Of a stretch of 64,000 nucleotides of DNA, positions 51,517 through 64,000 are shown piece by piece. The stretch comes from Takakia lepidozioides. Taxonomy: Eukaryota > Plantae > Bryophyta. The notes under the pieces are model-generated. The model searched no databases. It saw nothing but the letters and a program-made list of their open reading frames with translations, and was not told where the DNA came from. The DNA lies in assembly GCA_030704615.1 (NCBI GenBank), contig CM060731.1, positions 87,296,001-87,360,000 on the forward strand, written 5' to 3'. The position numbers and the translations under genes are program-made. The stretch's first letter is position 1. Each line of letters starts with the position of its first letter.

Positions 51517-51837
51517 ATGGACGTGGAAGCAGAAGGCGATGATATTCTAAAAACGGGAAGCTGGATTATACGGCCTCTTCGACAATATTTGCAAACACCA
51601 AAACCAGGACCCTTCAACACGAAGGACCTCCATTGGAAGAGAGACATGCAATATGGTTATATGGGTGCGCGAGTGAATGTTCAAAAGGCCTGCATACCGT
51701 GGGATAGAGTTGATTTTCTCCTTGGAGAGGAGAGTTTGGTGGACTACCCCACTCAGTTTTGGGTGAATATCCATACTAAAGTGCAACCCGACATGCTAAA
51801 AGAGCCGAGAGCCAACAAATTTCTGAACAGTATCATG
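51517..51837 (+). pseudogene. N-terminus of MULE/SWIM-type transposase-like protein
   Basis: QTPKPGPFNTKDLHW..ACIPWDRVDFLLGEE..PTQFWV resembles, from recall, the N-terminus of plant MULE-derived SWIM proteins (QNP..F...DL.W..A.IP..RV.DF..GE...PT.F.V). The DDE core was not seen. Confidence 0.6.
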
Positions 51838-52780
51838 TGTGCACCATCCTCATCGTCATTTTGTAGTCTGATTGCATGTCTGTTGTCATTTTTCGTACCC
51901 ACTGTAGATGCATATATTGGTACACTTTTCTTTTCAGATCGTTTTTTTAATCATAAGACAAGCGGTTTCGGCATTGTACTGCCAAAACAGGTTAATTTGT
52001 TAGTTATCTAGAAATCGTTGGTACAGCACATAGGAAATTAGACAGTGTCTGAGACGACCATGGAGATGAACTATGGCGTCAAGATGACCGTAGGAAGCTG
52101 CATCAACAGCATATTAGGCTGCCAATTCGGTACCAGAAACGGCGAGTTAATCTTGTTCGAACAATACAGGATGATTGTTTCAGTCCCAGATTGCGATCTC
52201 TCTTTTCTCCCGCCTTACAAGTCCAGTAGGAACACACGGTGAGGAGCTTGGCAATTGGTGGAAGCGACATGTATAGCGATGAAATATCGCAACAAAGCAA
52301 TTGGCCGCATCGGAACGACAACAAGTCAGGACGACTTCAAACGGCAAAGCGTGGACTTGTTAGCGGTGCGGGACAACTGGAGGGGACTCCGGACAACCTA
52401 TGACTCAATGGCAGGGTCAAAGACCCCAGAGCCATCACCAGGGATTTGATTTCCAAATATACCACAAAATATGTGTGTAGCGAAAATACGACGAATGGCG
52501 AGAAGCGCAACTTTTTACCACCGATGGAGCTGACAATTTACAAGCTGATACAAGGTATATAATTGTAGTTTGTCACCAAGTTTGGTGATTTATGGAGCTG
52601 ATTAGCAGCAGGGCCAAATTATTGAGTCAATGGCACTGCATTTCTACTTCTTGGATGGATGAAGAATCCTGGAATTCGCCTTGAGGAGCTGGATGAATGA
52701 AATGAAAACTCGCGCCAACTGGTCATCCAACTGGATGGATGAAAAGACAGCTTTCATTTGCCTCTAAGACTTTTCATCCA

Positions 52781-55700
52781 TGTAGAATAGTATATTATAG
52801 ATCTTCCTAGGAAATAATAGTTTAATAAATATTTTTCCTTAAACTAATAGGCACAACAACAGTATAAAGGAGGAGGCAAGGCTCTCTTATTCTTCATCTA
52901 GCTCATTTGCTTAGTTTCCTCTTGCTTGTTGTTGTAGTGCTTGCTAGTTTTTTTGGTTTGAGGAGGGGCTAGATCCTAGGGAGTGGAGCTTGAAGCTCCC
53001 TAGTGAGATAGGATTCTTGTAAGCTAAGGCAAGTGGCCTAGTTTTTGGGCCTTTGAGCCATTTTCATTTGTGAAGGAAGAGGGCAAGTTCATGGGGAGGT
53101 AAGTGACTTGAGGACGAGTAGGAGGGGCTGGTATGGACTTATGGACGAGAGCCCAAGTGAAGGCCGCATAGAGTACCATTACTTGAGTCGATAGAGCATC
53201 CCAAACACTCTTGATAGAAAGGTTGATCCCATCTTACCATTTCATCATTTGTGTATGTGATTCATTTATTTTCCAAGCAAAGCTTGAAGTTGAAAATTTG
53301 ATTTAGCCTCTTCAAAAGAGGAGAGTGTATTGTGGAGTCCCATTATTTCATGTCTAGAAGTGAGAAGGGGAAGACCCCCATAGTCTATTGGTAAAGGCAC
53401 CAATAGAGGCTTGTATTTGAATTGTTGGAAGAAGGAATCTTTGTATCTGATTACTAATTTGAAAAAATAGCCAGCTCTGGCAAAGCAGGTCAGTAGGCTG
53501 GATCTATGATATAAGGCCATTATAGGGCTTCTATGTGCTAATTCCCCCCCCCCCACTAGCAAGCCATGGAGGCCTAGGGGAGGGTGTGGTTTGTATTTTT
53601 TTGTCTTGGGGTTTGGGCAGGCTGATTTCGCTTGACAGCAGCTGCCCCAAAGTCGCGAGCAGCCCGGGAGGAGCCCGGGTGCTGCGCCTAGAGAGTAGGG
53701 ACTCGATTACCTAAGCGTGGAGGCAGCCGTGGCCCAGCCACGAGGTACAGGCGCGGGGCCCCAGCGCTGACCTTAAATCGTACTGAGATCAAGTACATCA
53801 GCCGCGTGGCTCAGGCATGAGGCCCTGAAGCGTGCGAGCAAGGCGCGGGTCTTTACCCGCTGGATAACCAAAAGTTGAGACAGACCGGCGGACACTGGTG
53901 TTAACCGCAGCGGTCCGCGGTTTGGACCGCTACGCGCGGATCTGCGCCCCGCCACGTGGCAGGGGCGTTTTACCCAGCGGGCAATGCGTCTGCAAATTTC
54001 CTTAAAGGGGGGTATTCTTACCTTTAGCTATTAGATTCAATTTATACCCCTCTAAGGGTTAGGAGCCATTATCTAACGCGCCAGTGGTAGATAAAATCTA
54101 GGATTTTGGGAGGACGTAGCCTTGGAGGGGAGCGTTCTTAGAACACCAAGAGAGAGCCAAGCGGGTCTGAGGGAAGTGAGCTAGAGGCGGAGACCTCAAG
54201 AGACAAGGGAGGAGAGAAAGTATTTTGTCCTAAAAACTTGGCTACAGTGAGCCTTTGTGTCAGAGCCCAAGGTAGAGGATGATTTTTTCCACAAAGGGAA
54301 AGCGCACCAACGTCTTAAAATAATGTAAGGGGGTGAAATCTGGCTTGGACCCCACAGTGGTTATTTTATTATTTACGCATGCATGTTCTGGACTAATGAA
54401 TGTAGTTGCAGGGATGAGCTCTCAGCGAGATTCATTCATCTGATAGGGCCGCGGCAGTTCCTCGCGGCAGGGAACGGTTCCCGGATGTTCCTCGGTTCTC
54501 ATTGGGTTCCCATAGGGTTCCCAAGGGCATCTTTAGGCACCAAGGGTATCTTTGGATTCCCCACATGATTTCCCATAGGAGAGGTATTTTTCCTGATTTT
54601 CTTAATTTCTTTTATTTTCCAGTATTTCTGATTTGCGAAATTGCTTAATTAGGATATATGAACGTGGTGCTCGTTATAGCCTGCAGGACGGTGATTAAAC
54701 TGATTGAATTTATTGAATTGAGGGGCTTAGAACTACCTTATTGAATTGCGTGAACCTATTGGATGATGATAGGCATTTTGGCCACTCCGTTGCTAAAACA
54801 AAGTATTTAGGCACCGGGGTAGGAAGTGTTGGCCCTTCCATTGAGAGGTGACTTGAACTCAAGCCCTCGGCGAAGGACGGGCAGTGGGAGAGGACGATTT
54901 TCCCTCTCCTCCCTAGGCTGGATAGGTGCCTTGTGAAGGGATTAAAACATGTCTCGGCTATAGGCGGCTCGGGGGCCTAGGCGGTAGGAGTTAGACAATA
55001 AAACACAAAGACTTGGAAGGCAATTACTGAGTAGATTAGAGGATACCGTAGGACTTAGAAACGCAAACTCGCCCTGTGAAGAGGAGTACGTGATTTCTCT
55101 TTGCCGGTAGGACTTAAGATAGTGATCATAGCCACCATGTACGACCACGGACCCCCGGCACTAACCGCAGTCGGGTAGGCGGTTCAGCGAGCCCAACCTA
55201 CACCGCAACTTACCTCGGCCCCCCTAGACTACTATGCCGTCACCCTGACCGCGCGCGCTCAGGGCTCGTCATATGAATGGTGCGTCTGCCGGGAGATAAG
55301 TGAATAGTATTCTCCAAATTGTTATGGACGGGCTAACAATATGTGTTCTCGTCCTGATTTGTTTTTTATGCAATACTTTATTGTTTATTCATGATCTTAC
55401 TCCATCAGGTGGAGATTGAGGAACCCCATGCACATGAAGATTAGAAGCTCTTGCATGAGGGTGTTTGGATCAGTGTTCATTGAAATTACTAACGCCATTG
55501 CAATCATGAAGCTGCAGCATGGCCACCGATCATATGGAAGCCCATCGTTTTTACTTGTCTTTTGAGGCACGCGTGGTGGGACTTTACCGTGTTATTTCCA
55601 GCACCCGATCCGGCGAAGTACGAACCGAAGATGCAATCATAGTTTGCAGGTTAATGCGCGGCCGCATACTGGACATCGCCGAAGAGTACTGAGGGTACTG

Positions 55701-56435
55701 GATTTCGGCCAAAGTAGGGTCATTAGGGGACAAGGCTCTCACTGCCCCCATCTCTTCATTTTTCAGGTTTAATACAAGTTGGCTCGGGTGCTGCCAACCT
55801 CCCTTCTTAGGGAATCTCAATGTGCAATTCTCGTTAGAGGCACATCTCGCCTGGCAAGTGGCATATTTAAGGTGCTGCCCCTTGTGTCGCACCATCGCGG
55901 ACGAAGGCATTGATCACTAGTGGAAATAGACGAGGAAGAGGTAGCAACAGTCTAGGTAACCTGCCTTCGAAGATCGGTAGAGATCTTGCAGTTGCAAAGT
56001 ATGCTTTCATTTTTTTCATGTCTGCCAATCGGCCCAAGCAAATGTAATGCTTTGAAATTTACCAGTGTCATTCATGTCCCGCAGTGATCAAAATCTTTTC
56101 TACATGAACTTCTAAGGTGGGCATGATTTTTGAAACTAGGGTCAAGAGGATTCGCAACAAATTTTGGCAACATGAGCCAGAGATTCGACTTATCATAGAA
56201 GCTTACATCGAGTGATTAGCTCAACGGAAATCCATCAAGAAGGGGTGGATTAACGAAAGGTTTTGGTGTGAGCGACTCTTGGAAGAAAATGCACCGGAGC
56301 ATTTCTATTGGTGTAAGGACAGGCTCAACTGGCCGTATTGTTCCTGCCCTGGAATTTATCTAGGAGCATTGCACCCCAGATCTTCTTTTGTGGCACAACT
56401 ACGGTGGTAGGTAGACTTCTTCACTCATTGCCATG
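52781..56435 (+). mobile_element. Probable LTR / long 5' leader sequence of LTR retrotransposon(s)
   Basis: Begins TGTAG, has a TATAAA box near 52863, is non-coding and runs into gypsy copy 2. Boundaries are unconfirmed. Confidence 0.35.
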
Positions 56436-58999
56436 TATGTCAGCTCTTGGCATCCCATTATGTGCGCAGGTTGGATGAGTGTAGGTACCGCAACGTGGTG
56501 ATGTCGTGTATGGTGGGCACCACGTCCAACTGTCCGTTGGTGATCAACTCGATGATTAGTGTTGCCTCACTCTCACTGCGACTGCTGTAAAATCTGGGTG
56601 GACAAATGTAGGTGATAGTGGTGTTTGGGTGAGGTAGGCGTTCCTCTACCTCCAGATAATCTTCTAACCCACACCCAAACAGCCAACACATCCAGTCAAA
56701 TGGAAGATCAATAAAGCTCTTTTTGCTCAAGAAGGAGGTGGCCTCCCCAGACCTCGAATAATGGGAAGAGGACGCCTCTGGTACTGAGGTACAAGGAGAG
56801 CTGCTAACCGAGGAAACAGCATGCACTAACTTTAATGGAATGAGAGGAAGGAAACTTGTGGGAATTTCCCGTGCAAAGTAAAATGGCGGCGGTCGTGCTG
56901 GATCCGCAATGACTCTTTTGGGAGCCGCTAAACCACCTGAAGACTGGGTAATTCATGGGAAATTGCATACTGACGTGCCTCCATCGCCAAGGTTCCATGG
57001 AAGGTATTTAAATCTGACCTCATTTATTGTGGACATGGTTGTTCAAGGTAATATAGGTCCTTTAGTACAGACTGAGGTAGGAGAATCCTCATCAGCACAA
57101 CAGTGAGTGCACTACAACAGATTGCGGCTTTTACGTCTCTGTGTTATGACTGCAAATGCAGTTATGGAAGCCATTTACGACTTCCTTACTCTGAAGACGT
57201 AAAAGCCTAGTCAGTTGTGACATGGCAGATATGACTCTCCAGGCTGGCTGTGACGTGGCGCCTGAGCAGCTGTGGGGGTAGTCATACACTGGCTTTACTG
57301 AATGACTGAACAAACAGTGTAGTCCATGTCAGCGGTTGTGCAAGAGTGGCACGTGCTCGATACAGGAAATGTCACGTGGCAGAATGTTCGCTCTCCATGA
57401 CTGCGAACTATGACTGCGGGCGTGCTAATCCGGTTGCAACACGTGGTTCATTGCAATTTTTACACGTGGTCCCTCAGCAGATTGACATGTGTCATGATGG
57501 GTGTTTTTTTTTGGGTGTATTGCTATTTTTTTACATATTTGTATATCTGCCACGTGGTGTAGTACTATTGAAGAGTGAAAATAGATGTAGTCATTATTAT
57601 AACTATGATAGCAGTCGTGTACATGTCTATTACAACAATGAAATATAATATATAATACAAAGAGAACAAGGCAGCAAGACATAACTGCAACAAGCTGAGC
57701 AAAACCAAGAGATTGTACACCATCTCTATTTACCAATCTATTTATCATTATCATTTTTGTCGTGATCTAAAAATACATAAAATAGTCACATGTTCTCATG
57801 TGAATTATATTGTCTAACTATAACACTTTGAAAAGTGTTCACCTAGAATCTTCTAACTACTCATGTATTCCATCAATCTGCAACCCATCAAAAACTAAGG
57901 CTTGCATGGCTTTAAGAATTACTACAGCAAGGACATCTGTTTGTTTTCCAAGTTCTTGCATAAGATGCACCAACCAACATTGCATTGTGAGACACTCACT
58001 CGCTATACTCCAAAGCGTCCAGGGAAGGTCACTGAGCAACCTGCCAAGGCGGAAACAATTAAGAGAATTATCTAATACCATATATGAAAAACCAATGCCA
58101 GTGTTGTTTATGGTAACTTCTATCCCATGGACTCGTAAACAAACCAAAGCAAAAAGGTTGGTGTGTGTTGGCGAAGTCGTCAGATACTTCACAAAGAAAC
58201 ATGCACTAAAAATGAGAGCCGGGAGGATAGGAAGGTCACTCACGTTTATACAAAGACGTCTTGCCCATTGCCCAGCACACTGCGTCACCCACACTCTATC
58301 TCTACTCCTTCAGCTATCCATGCCTCTGCACAAATCAAGCATTCATCCTTGCCTTGCTGCTAGCAGCTGACAATGACAGCCTACATTTGTTCTAGGAAAC
58401 ACCCAACTCAGCGTAGCACACTAGTTCCTATGCTGAATTGCGTCTGCTACTCTCTGAAATGTAGCAGGCATTCACCTTTCTGCCCCGGTTGACCCATCAG
58501 TGACTGGTCTCAGATAAGTATTCATTCCACAGCTTCTCCTCATCTCTGTTACCTGTTTTTTGACACTTTTCTGTTGTCACATTGGAGTATCATGTCAAAG
58601 TCACTCCAAACTAGATTCACTCAACCAGCTAACTTGCAGAATTGAACATGTAAATTTAGGGCCGATTCTGATAAGAGGGAAAAACAGGGTGAAATGTGTT
58701 GATGAAGATGCCTTCATTAGCAGTGCCTGATTTTATCACTTGTGCCGTTGCTGCCAGTTGACCATCTACCCATGCAGGTTTCTTGTAGCTTTTGAGAATC
58801 ACAGGTAATTTTGTGCTTGAAATCTGGCCCTCTTGGATGAATCTGGACCCACACGAAATCCCTGCTCCTTCAGCTATCCATGCCTCTGCACAAATCATGC
58901 ATACATCCTCGCCTTGCTGCTAGCAGCTGACAATGACAGCCTAGAATTGTCAAAGCAAACACTAGCAGGGAAAACAGGGTGAAATATGTTGAAGAAGGT

Positions 59000-59490
59000 A
59001 CCTTCACCCCTTTCCCCATCATTTGCTTTCAGGTGTCCAAAGCCCCATCCCGCGCTCCTGCTCTGCACACTCTGCAAGCATCGCATTCCACGACACCACA
59101 TCTGGTTCAGCCATAGTGTTGAACACTCCCTTGGCATCCTCAATGCTCCCACATTTAGCATACATGGCCACCATAGCAATGTTCAGGATGACATCTGGTA
59201 CAATTGCAAATTTGATGGTGTCACCAGGGATCTCTTTGCCCTTTTCTAGGGCTGCCAGACACACTGCAAACGCACACAAACATTCTGTCGGTGGCCTTCA
59301 CCCCTTCCCCCATCATTTGCTCAAAGGTTGGAGCCTCCATCCCACACCCTAGTTGTGCATACCCTGCAAGCATCACACTCCACGACACCACATCTCGTTC
59401 AACCACAGTGTTGAACACTCCCTTGGCATCCTCGATGCACCCACATTTGGCATACATGTCCACCAGGGCAGGGGCAGTATTCAGAAGGAC
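59000..59490 (-). pseudogene. PLS-PPR fragment captured in CACTA
   Basis: ALVDMYAKCGCIEDAKGVFNTVVERDVVSWSVMLAGYAQLG plus a second triplet. Confidence 0.9.
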
Positions 59491-60273
59491 ATGTGGTAAT
59501 TTGACAGGCATTCACCTCCTGACTTGGCTATTCCCAACCCATCCTGCCATTGGCAAGAGATTCCACAGAAACTGATAGTTGTCTGTTTGACTGTATAACT
59601 ATGTATCTCTTGCTTTCTTACAGCTTGTACTGTGACACGCGTAATGCTCTTGCTGTATTGAATCATTTCACGCCTTCAGGTTTCAGAACAAACATTACCG
59701 TCTTTCTTTATCAGACACGTGCACCAAGACAGAATCTCACCAAAAGATTGTTGGTGTTCAATAGTACCATACATGAAGATAACTAGCACCAAAAGGGCAT
59801 ATGAAGCTTACACTGCTCTCCACTGGTATTAACCTGCACCAGGACTTTCAATGGTTGTCTGCCAGTCCACCCACGGCCCGCTGTAAATGGCTTGGAACCT
59901 ACAAATTTTCAAGAGAGCTGATTACCATGAAAATTTCAAAACTGGCTTTACAGACCTAATAATTCAAGCATAATCAGCATTCAAGCTAAGGAAGCTTTAC
60001 AAGCATCGTGTTGCGAGTAAAGCCTTTGCAATGTCACCAGGAAATCCATGGCTGAATGGATGACACTGAAATAATGGAGCTTGAAATCTGGCCCTCTTGG
60101 ACGAATCTGGGCCCACACTCTATCCCTGCTCCTTCAACTATCTATGCCTCTGCACAAAATCATGCATACATCCTTGCCTTCCTGCTAGCAGCTGACAATG
60201 ACAGCCTAGAATTGTTCCAGCAAACACCCCCAACCCTACTAATGAGCTAACTTACAAAATTCAATATGCATCT

Positions 60274-61205
60274 CAGGGCCGAGTCTGATGAGAGGGCAAA
60301 ACAGGCTGAAATAGGTCGAAGAAGAACCTGTGCCCTCACCACACTGTCCTTGATCTTGTGTCATGACCCATGGAGGATTTGACCGACAAAAGGACCTCTT
60401 GTGTGTGATGCTTGTGTCTGTAGTCAGGTAATGTCGGATTGGTCAGTGAGAACCTGCACCACGGTGCAGCTGAGCAGGCAGACATTGAAACACGGCCTGC
60501 TAAGACCAAGCTGACTCTCCCAAGAACCTTATAAACATCAGGAAGAATATCAAATCATGGTACTAACAGGAGCCAACAACCCACATTTGCAGGATGGACA
60601 AACTTCTTCACATCATACATTAAGAAAAAGCCACACTTTGCGATTGCGGTTGTCGCACCCTCGTGAAGGATCTTTAAAAAGCTCATGCCAACTCTGTTCA
60701 ATGATTCAAATTCAGGGCCGAGTCTGATGAGAGGGCAAAACAGGCTGAAATAGGCCGAAGAAGAAGGTGCCCTCACCACATTGTCCTCGACCTTGTGTCA
60801 TTACCCATGGAGGATTTGACTGAACATGAACCCAAGATGACCTCTAGTGTGTGCTGGTTGTGTCTGTAGTTAGGTAATGTCGGATTGGTCAGTGAGAACC
60901 ACCACGGTGCAGCTGAGTGGGCAGAGATTGAAACACAGCCTACTAAGACCAAGCTAACTCTCCCAAGAACCTTGTAAACATCAGGAAGAATACCAAATCA
61001 TGGTACTAACAGGAGCCAACAACCCACATTTGCAGGATGGACAAACTTCTTAAGAAAAAGCCACACCTTGCGATTGCGGTTGTCCCACCATCGTGAAGGA
61101 TCTTTTAGAAACTCATGCCAGCTCTGCTCCGTGCTGTAAAATCAGGGCCGAGCGGGTAGAGATTGAAACACGGCCTGCTAAGACGAAGCTGACTCTCCCA
61201 AGAAC
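60274..61205. repeat. ~430-440 bp imperfect tandem duplication inside Pack-CACTA
   Basis: CAGGGCCGAG recurs at about 60274, 60713 and 61143 with shared downstream blocks. Confidence 0.8.
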
Positions 61206-64000
61206 GGCGGGCTCCCAGCCGAAACCTCCTCGCACACATACCCTAGCGTTTCTAGGGTTGCTTGCTCCAGATGCGAAGGTTGATCCAACTGCGGGCCTCC
61301 CATGCATGTTTGCCCTCTCTCCCGCTCGCTCGCTCTAAGTCCCAACCCTCTCTCTCTCTCCCTCCCGCTCGCTCTAAGTCTGTTCACGCTACCGTGATGG
61401 GCAACTTTTTAAGTTTTTTAACCTTTTTGTAAACCCTCAAAGCCCTTCTTTGATTTTTTTTCTTTTTTTTCTTTTCTTAAAGGAAACCACAGGCCCTTGA
61501 GGAGGGGGGAAAATTCACCCGCCTTCATTTATGGGCCATAAGACGTACATGACGATCAACGCCCAGACATACCGTCACGAACAATCCCACACACGAGATA
61601 AGGCAGCGGGTTTGAACCCCAAACCACCAGGCGACACACTGTGCACTTACTAGCCAATGTGTTTTTTTTTTTGTTTTTTTAAAATTCATTCTAGTGGTCA
61701 GAGTCTCCGTTTTTTCAAAATATAAATACTCATATATTATATATATAACCAGAAAAGCATGTGTCGACACGTGCAGTCATGTAGTGATTCATCCATGTGA
61801 TGATATGGCATAATGCATTAGAGTGAGAGTCATGAAGTCATATGTCTTTCTAGCAATATACACACGTCATTCCAGTGTAGCCATGACTGTGACTGGTAGT
61901 CATATCTGCCATGCCAATATTCGTGGTCAAACATGTTTGACCTGTGTTGCGCAGAGTCCGAAGCCATGCAGTCGCATATACGCCTTCCCCAGACCTGCAT
62001 TATGACTTCAAAAGCATTTTACGACTGCAAATGGCATTTCTGCCACAAATCTGTCATGATTGCGCACCCATGGGAGTCATAAAAGCCGCAATCTGTTGTA
62101 GTGACGTGTATGTCTAGCTCAGGATCAAGAGCCACACTCCCGAGCTTGGATAGCATATCCTTTGATACTAGGTTGCAAAGGAGACTGGCTCGAGAAGCCG
62201 TCAGAGATCAACTACTAGGAAAACACCCAGCATTGAGTCCACAATCAGACTCAGAAACTAGAAGTTTGGGTAGGATAGAGTGGGAAGGAGATAACACTGA
62301 CAGCTCTTCAGAGATCGAGTGTTCACGAGTGGTTTCCCCTGTATCTAGTCCCCCTTATACACCCCCGGCCAGGTCAAGGAGCCTTTCGCCGACGTTAGAG
62401 TCAGTTATGGCACATGTTCCAGGACCTCCTGAGGTACCTATTGTGGTCCCAGCAGGCCTGCCCCCGTTAACGTTACCCAGGCATTTGCCTTGGTTTTCCG
62501 GGGAAGCACATGAAAACCCAGAGTATCATGTGAAAAGCTTTATTCAGTGTTGCTATTCTAACCAAGCGTTAAATGATGCCTATTGGTTGATATGGTTTCC
62601 CACGACCATGAGGGGTAGGGCGTCCACTTGGTATTGGCAACAGGCGCTAGGAACATTCGTTACTTGGCAGCAGATTCGAGACGCATTTTTAGATCATTTT
62701 CGAGTGGTCCACCAGTTCACCAGTGTCTTGATGGCATTGGCCAGGATCCGCCAAGGCCCCACAGAGGAGGTGGCGGACTTTGAAATGCGATCTCGGGAGT
62801 TGATGCGACTCCAAAACCCTTTAACTCCCCTAGATGATGGGGTACTGAAGGATTGTTTTCTGAGTGGATTATGAGAGACCACTCACTTTCATGTTTTGCA
62901 CCAAAAACCTGCAACCTTGGTAGATGCCATACAAGCTGGCAAGGAGTTCAACAACATGCATCGCCAGGTACAACGGGCCAAGATGCCGACTTTGCACTTC
63001 CATCATACATTACGATCGAGCCCACGCAGGAGCCGACACCATTAGCGGTGATTCAGCCCGCTCTACACTATACACCGTCATATGTAGGAGGAGCACGGCC
63101 ATACGCCCCGGCGACGTCCCCTACACCAGCAGTAGCACCAACCGTGCCACAGTATGCGAATGCTGCCCCTACTAACTCGTATGCAGATTCCACTGGGCAG
63201 TCTGATTCACGGGTGGGCCATTTGGAGGCGCAAGTCACCTCTCTCATTAAAACCATCGAAACAATGGGCAATCACATGAGCTCAATCGGCCAGCAGATCA
63301 CCGGCTACGAGGGGTATCGAGATGCTGCTCCAATAGGAGAATCTGGCCCCAACCCGGCAAAGGTATGGTGCTCCAACTGCAACGGTCCTTGGCATGATGC
63401 TCAATATTGTCCTTATCCCACCCGGGAGAGGCAGGCAAGCCAAAACCCGACTTATCAGGATAGATCAAAACGACAATTCAGTCAAACCAGGAAAGGTTGT
63501 CAAAAGTGTGGGAGAACCACACACCCAACAGAAGACTGTTGGAGTGATATAGTATGTTTGCATTGTGGCCAAAGAGGCCATCCCTTGGACAGATGTTCCC
63601 GGAGGCAGGTGGACCGACCGGCCCCTGCCACCATCCAGCAAGTAGAGAGGAATTTCGAAGGGCAATGAGCCCCATTCCCGGATCAGTATGCGACTGAACC
63701 ACCCAACCCTCTACCTCAACAACATAGCATGTATTTTGCTACCCCAACACAGATAGCACAACGACCTAGGCCAAATCAGGCAGGTCCATCATACTCAAGG
63801 AGCAATGCCGCTCAGGGACAGGGTGCCCGAGCAGCTTATTCAAATCCTGCGGCTCAGATAGCCCAGTGTTCTTCTAACACGTGGTCTCCCCCTCAGGATG
63901 TAAGGGTACAGGGAGGACATCAAGCGTCTACCTCGGCGCCGCCTCAGCAACAGCAGACCAATGTACAACCCAATCATACAATGCGCCTTCAGAAGATGCA

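Larger units (their letters stand above)
57110..62103. mobile_element. Complete non-autonomous Pack-CACTA element
   Basis: Perfect 24-bp TIRs CACTACAACAGATTGCGGCTTTTA / TAAAAGCCGCAATCTGTTGTAGTG. The empty site is visible in gypsy copy 1 at about 7280-7290. Target GTG is duplicated (57107-57109, 62106-62108). Confidence 0.95.
56436..64000 (+). mobile_element. gag: Ty3/gypsy family A copy 2 (leader and gag), interrupted by CACTA
   Basis: Reverse-complement near-identity to 5390-7527. gag starts at 62110 and runs off the window end. Confidence 0.95.

Noticed and set aside
55563-55582. Possible tRNA-Arg-type PBS (GGCACGCGTGGTGGGAC) for gypsy copy 2
   Set aside because: It is not preceded by a clear LTR-terminal CA, and no matching LTR was found in the window.
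57810-58370. ORFs inside the Pack-CACTA as a transposase
   Set aside because: There are no TnpD or TnpA motifs and the peptides are unrecognisable.
21719-62103. One giant 40-kb CACTA from the 21719 terminus to 62103
   Set aside because: The 62103 TIR matches 57110 perfectly over 24 bp but 21719 only partly. The flanks ACT and ACG differ, and the empty site supports 57110-62103.

Overview
This is eukaryotic, transposon-dense plant nuclear DNA. It most likely comes from a non-seed land plant, an inference from the many near-identical PLS-class PPR repeats and the TE families. Almost everything is a nested or decayed element. The window holds two opposed copies of one Ty3/gypsy family (1-7.5 kb minus, 56.4-64 kb plus), a second gypsy with a Met-tRNA PBS, two copies of one LINE with clean TSDs, a tRNA-derived SINE, a hAT remnant, a MITE, a non-autonomous MULE, two CACTA elements, several PLS-PPR pseudogenes and one disrupted multi-exon coiled-coil host gene. 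The most unusual signal is a Mutator-like element family (44.5-52.8 kb, with paralog pieces at 16-17.7, 20.6-20.9 and 46.5-46.8 kb). It carries a spliced gene fusing a ParB/Srx-like domain to a beta-class N6-adenine/N4-cytosine DNA methyltransferase fold, next to a SWIM zinc-finger gene and a MULE-type transposase start, and a 20-bp palindrome recurs in its introns. Also notable are a CACTA TnpA-like gene with an internal FCP1/NIF HAD-phosphatase domain, and a complete 5-kb Pack-CACTA carrying PPR fragments. All family assignments are by-eye motif recognition; no searches were run.
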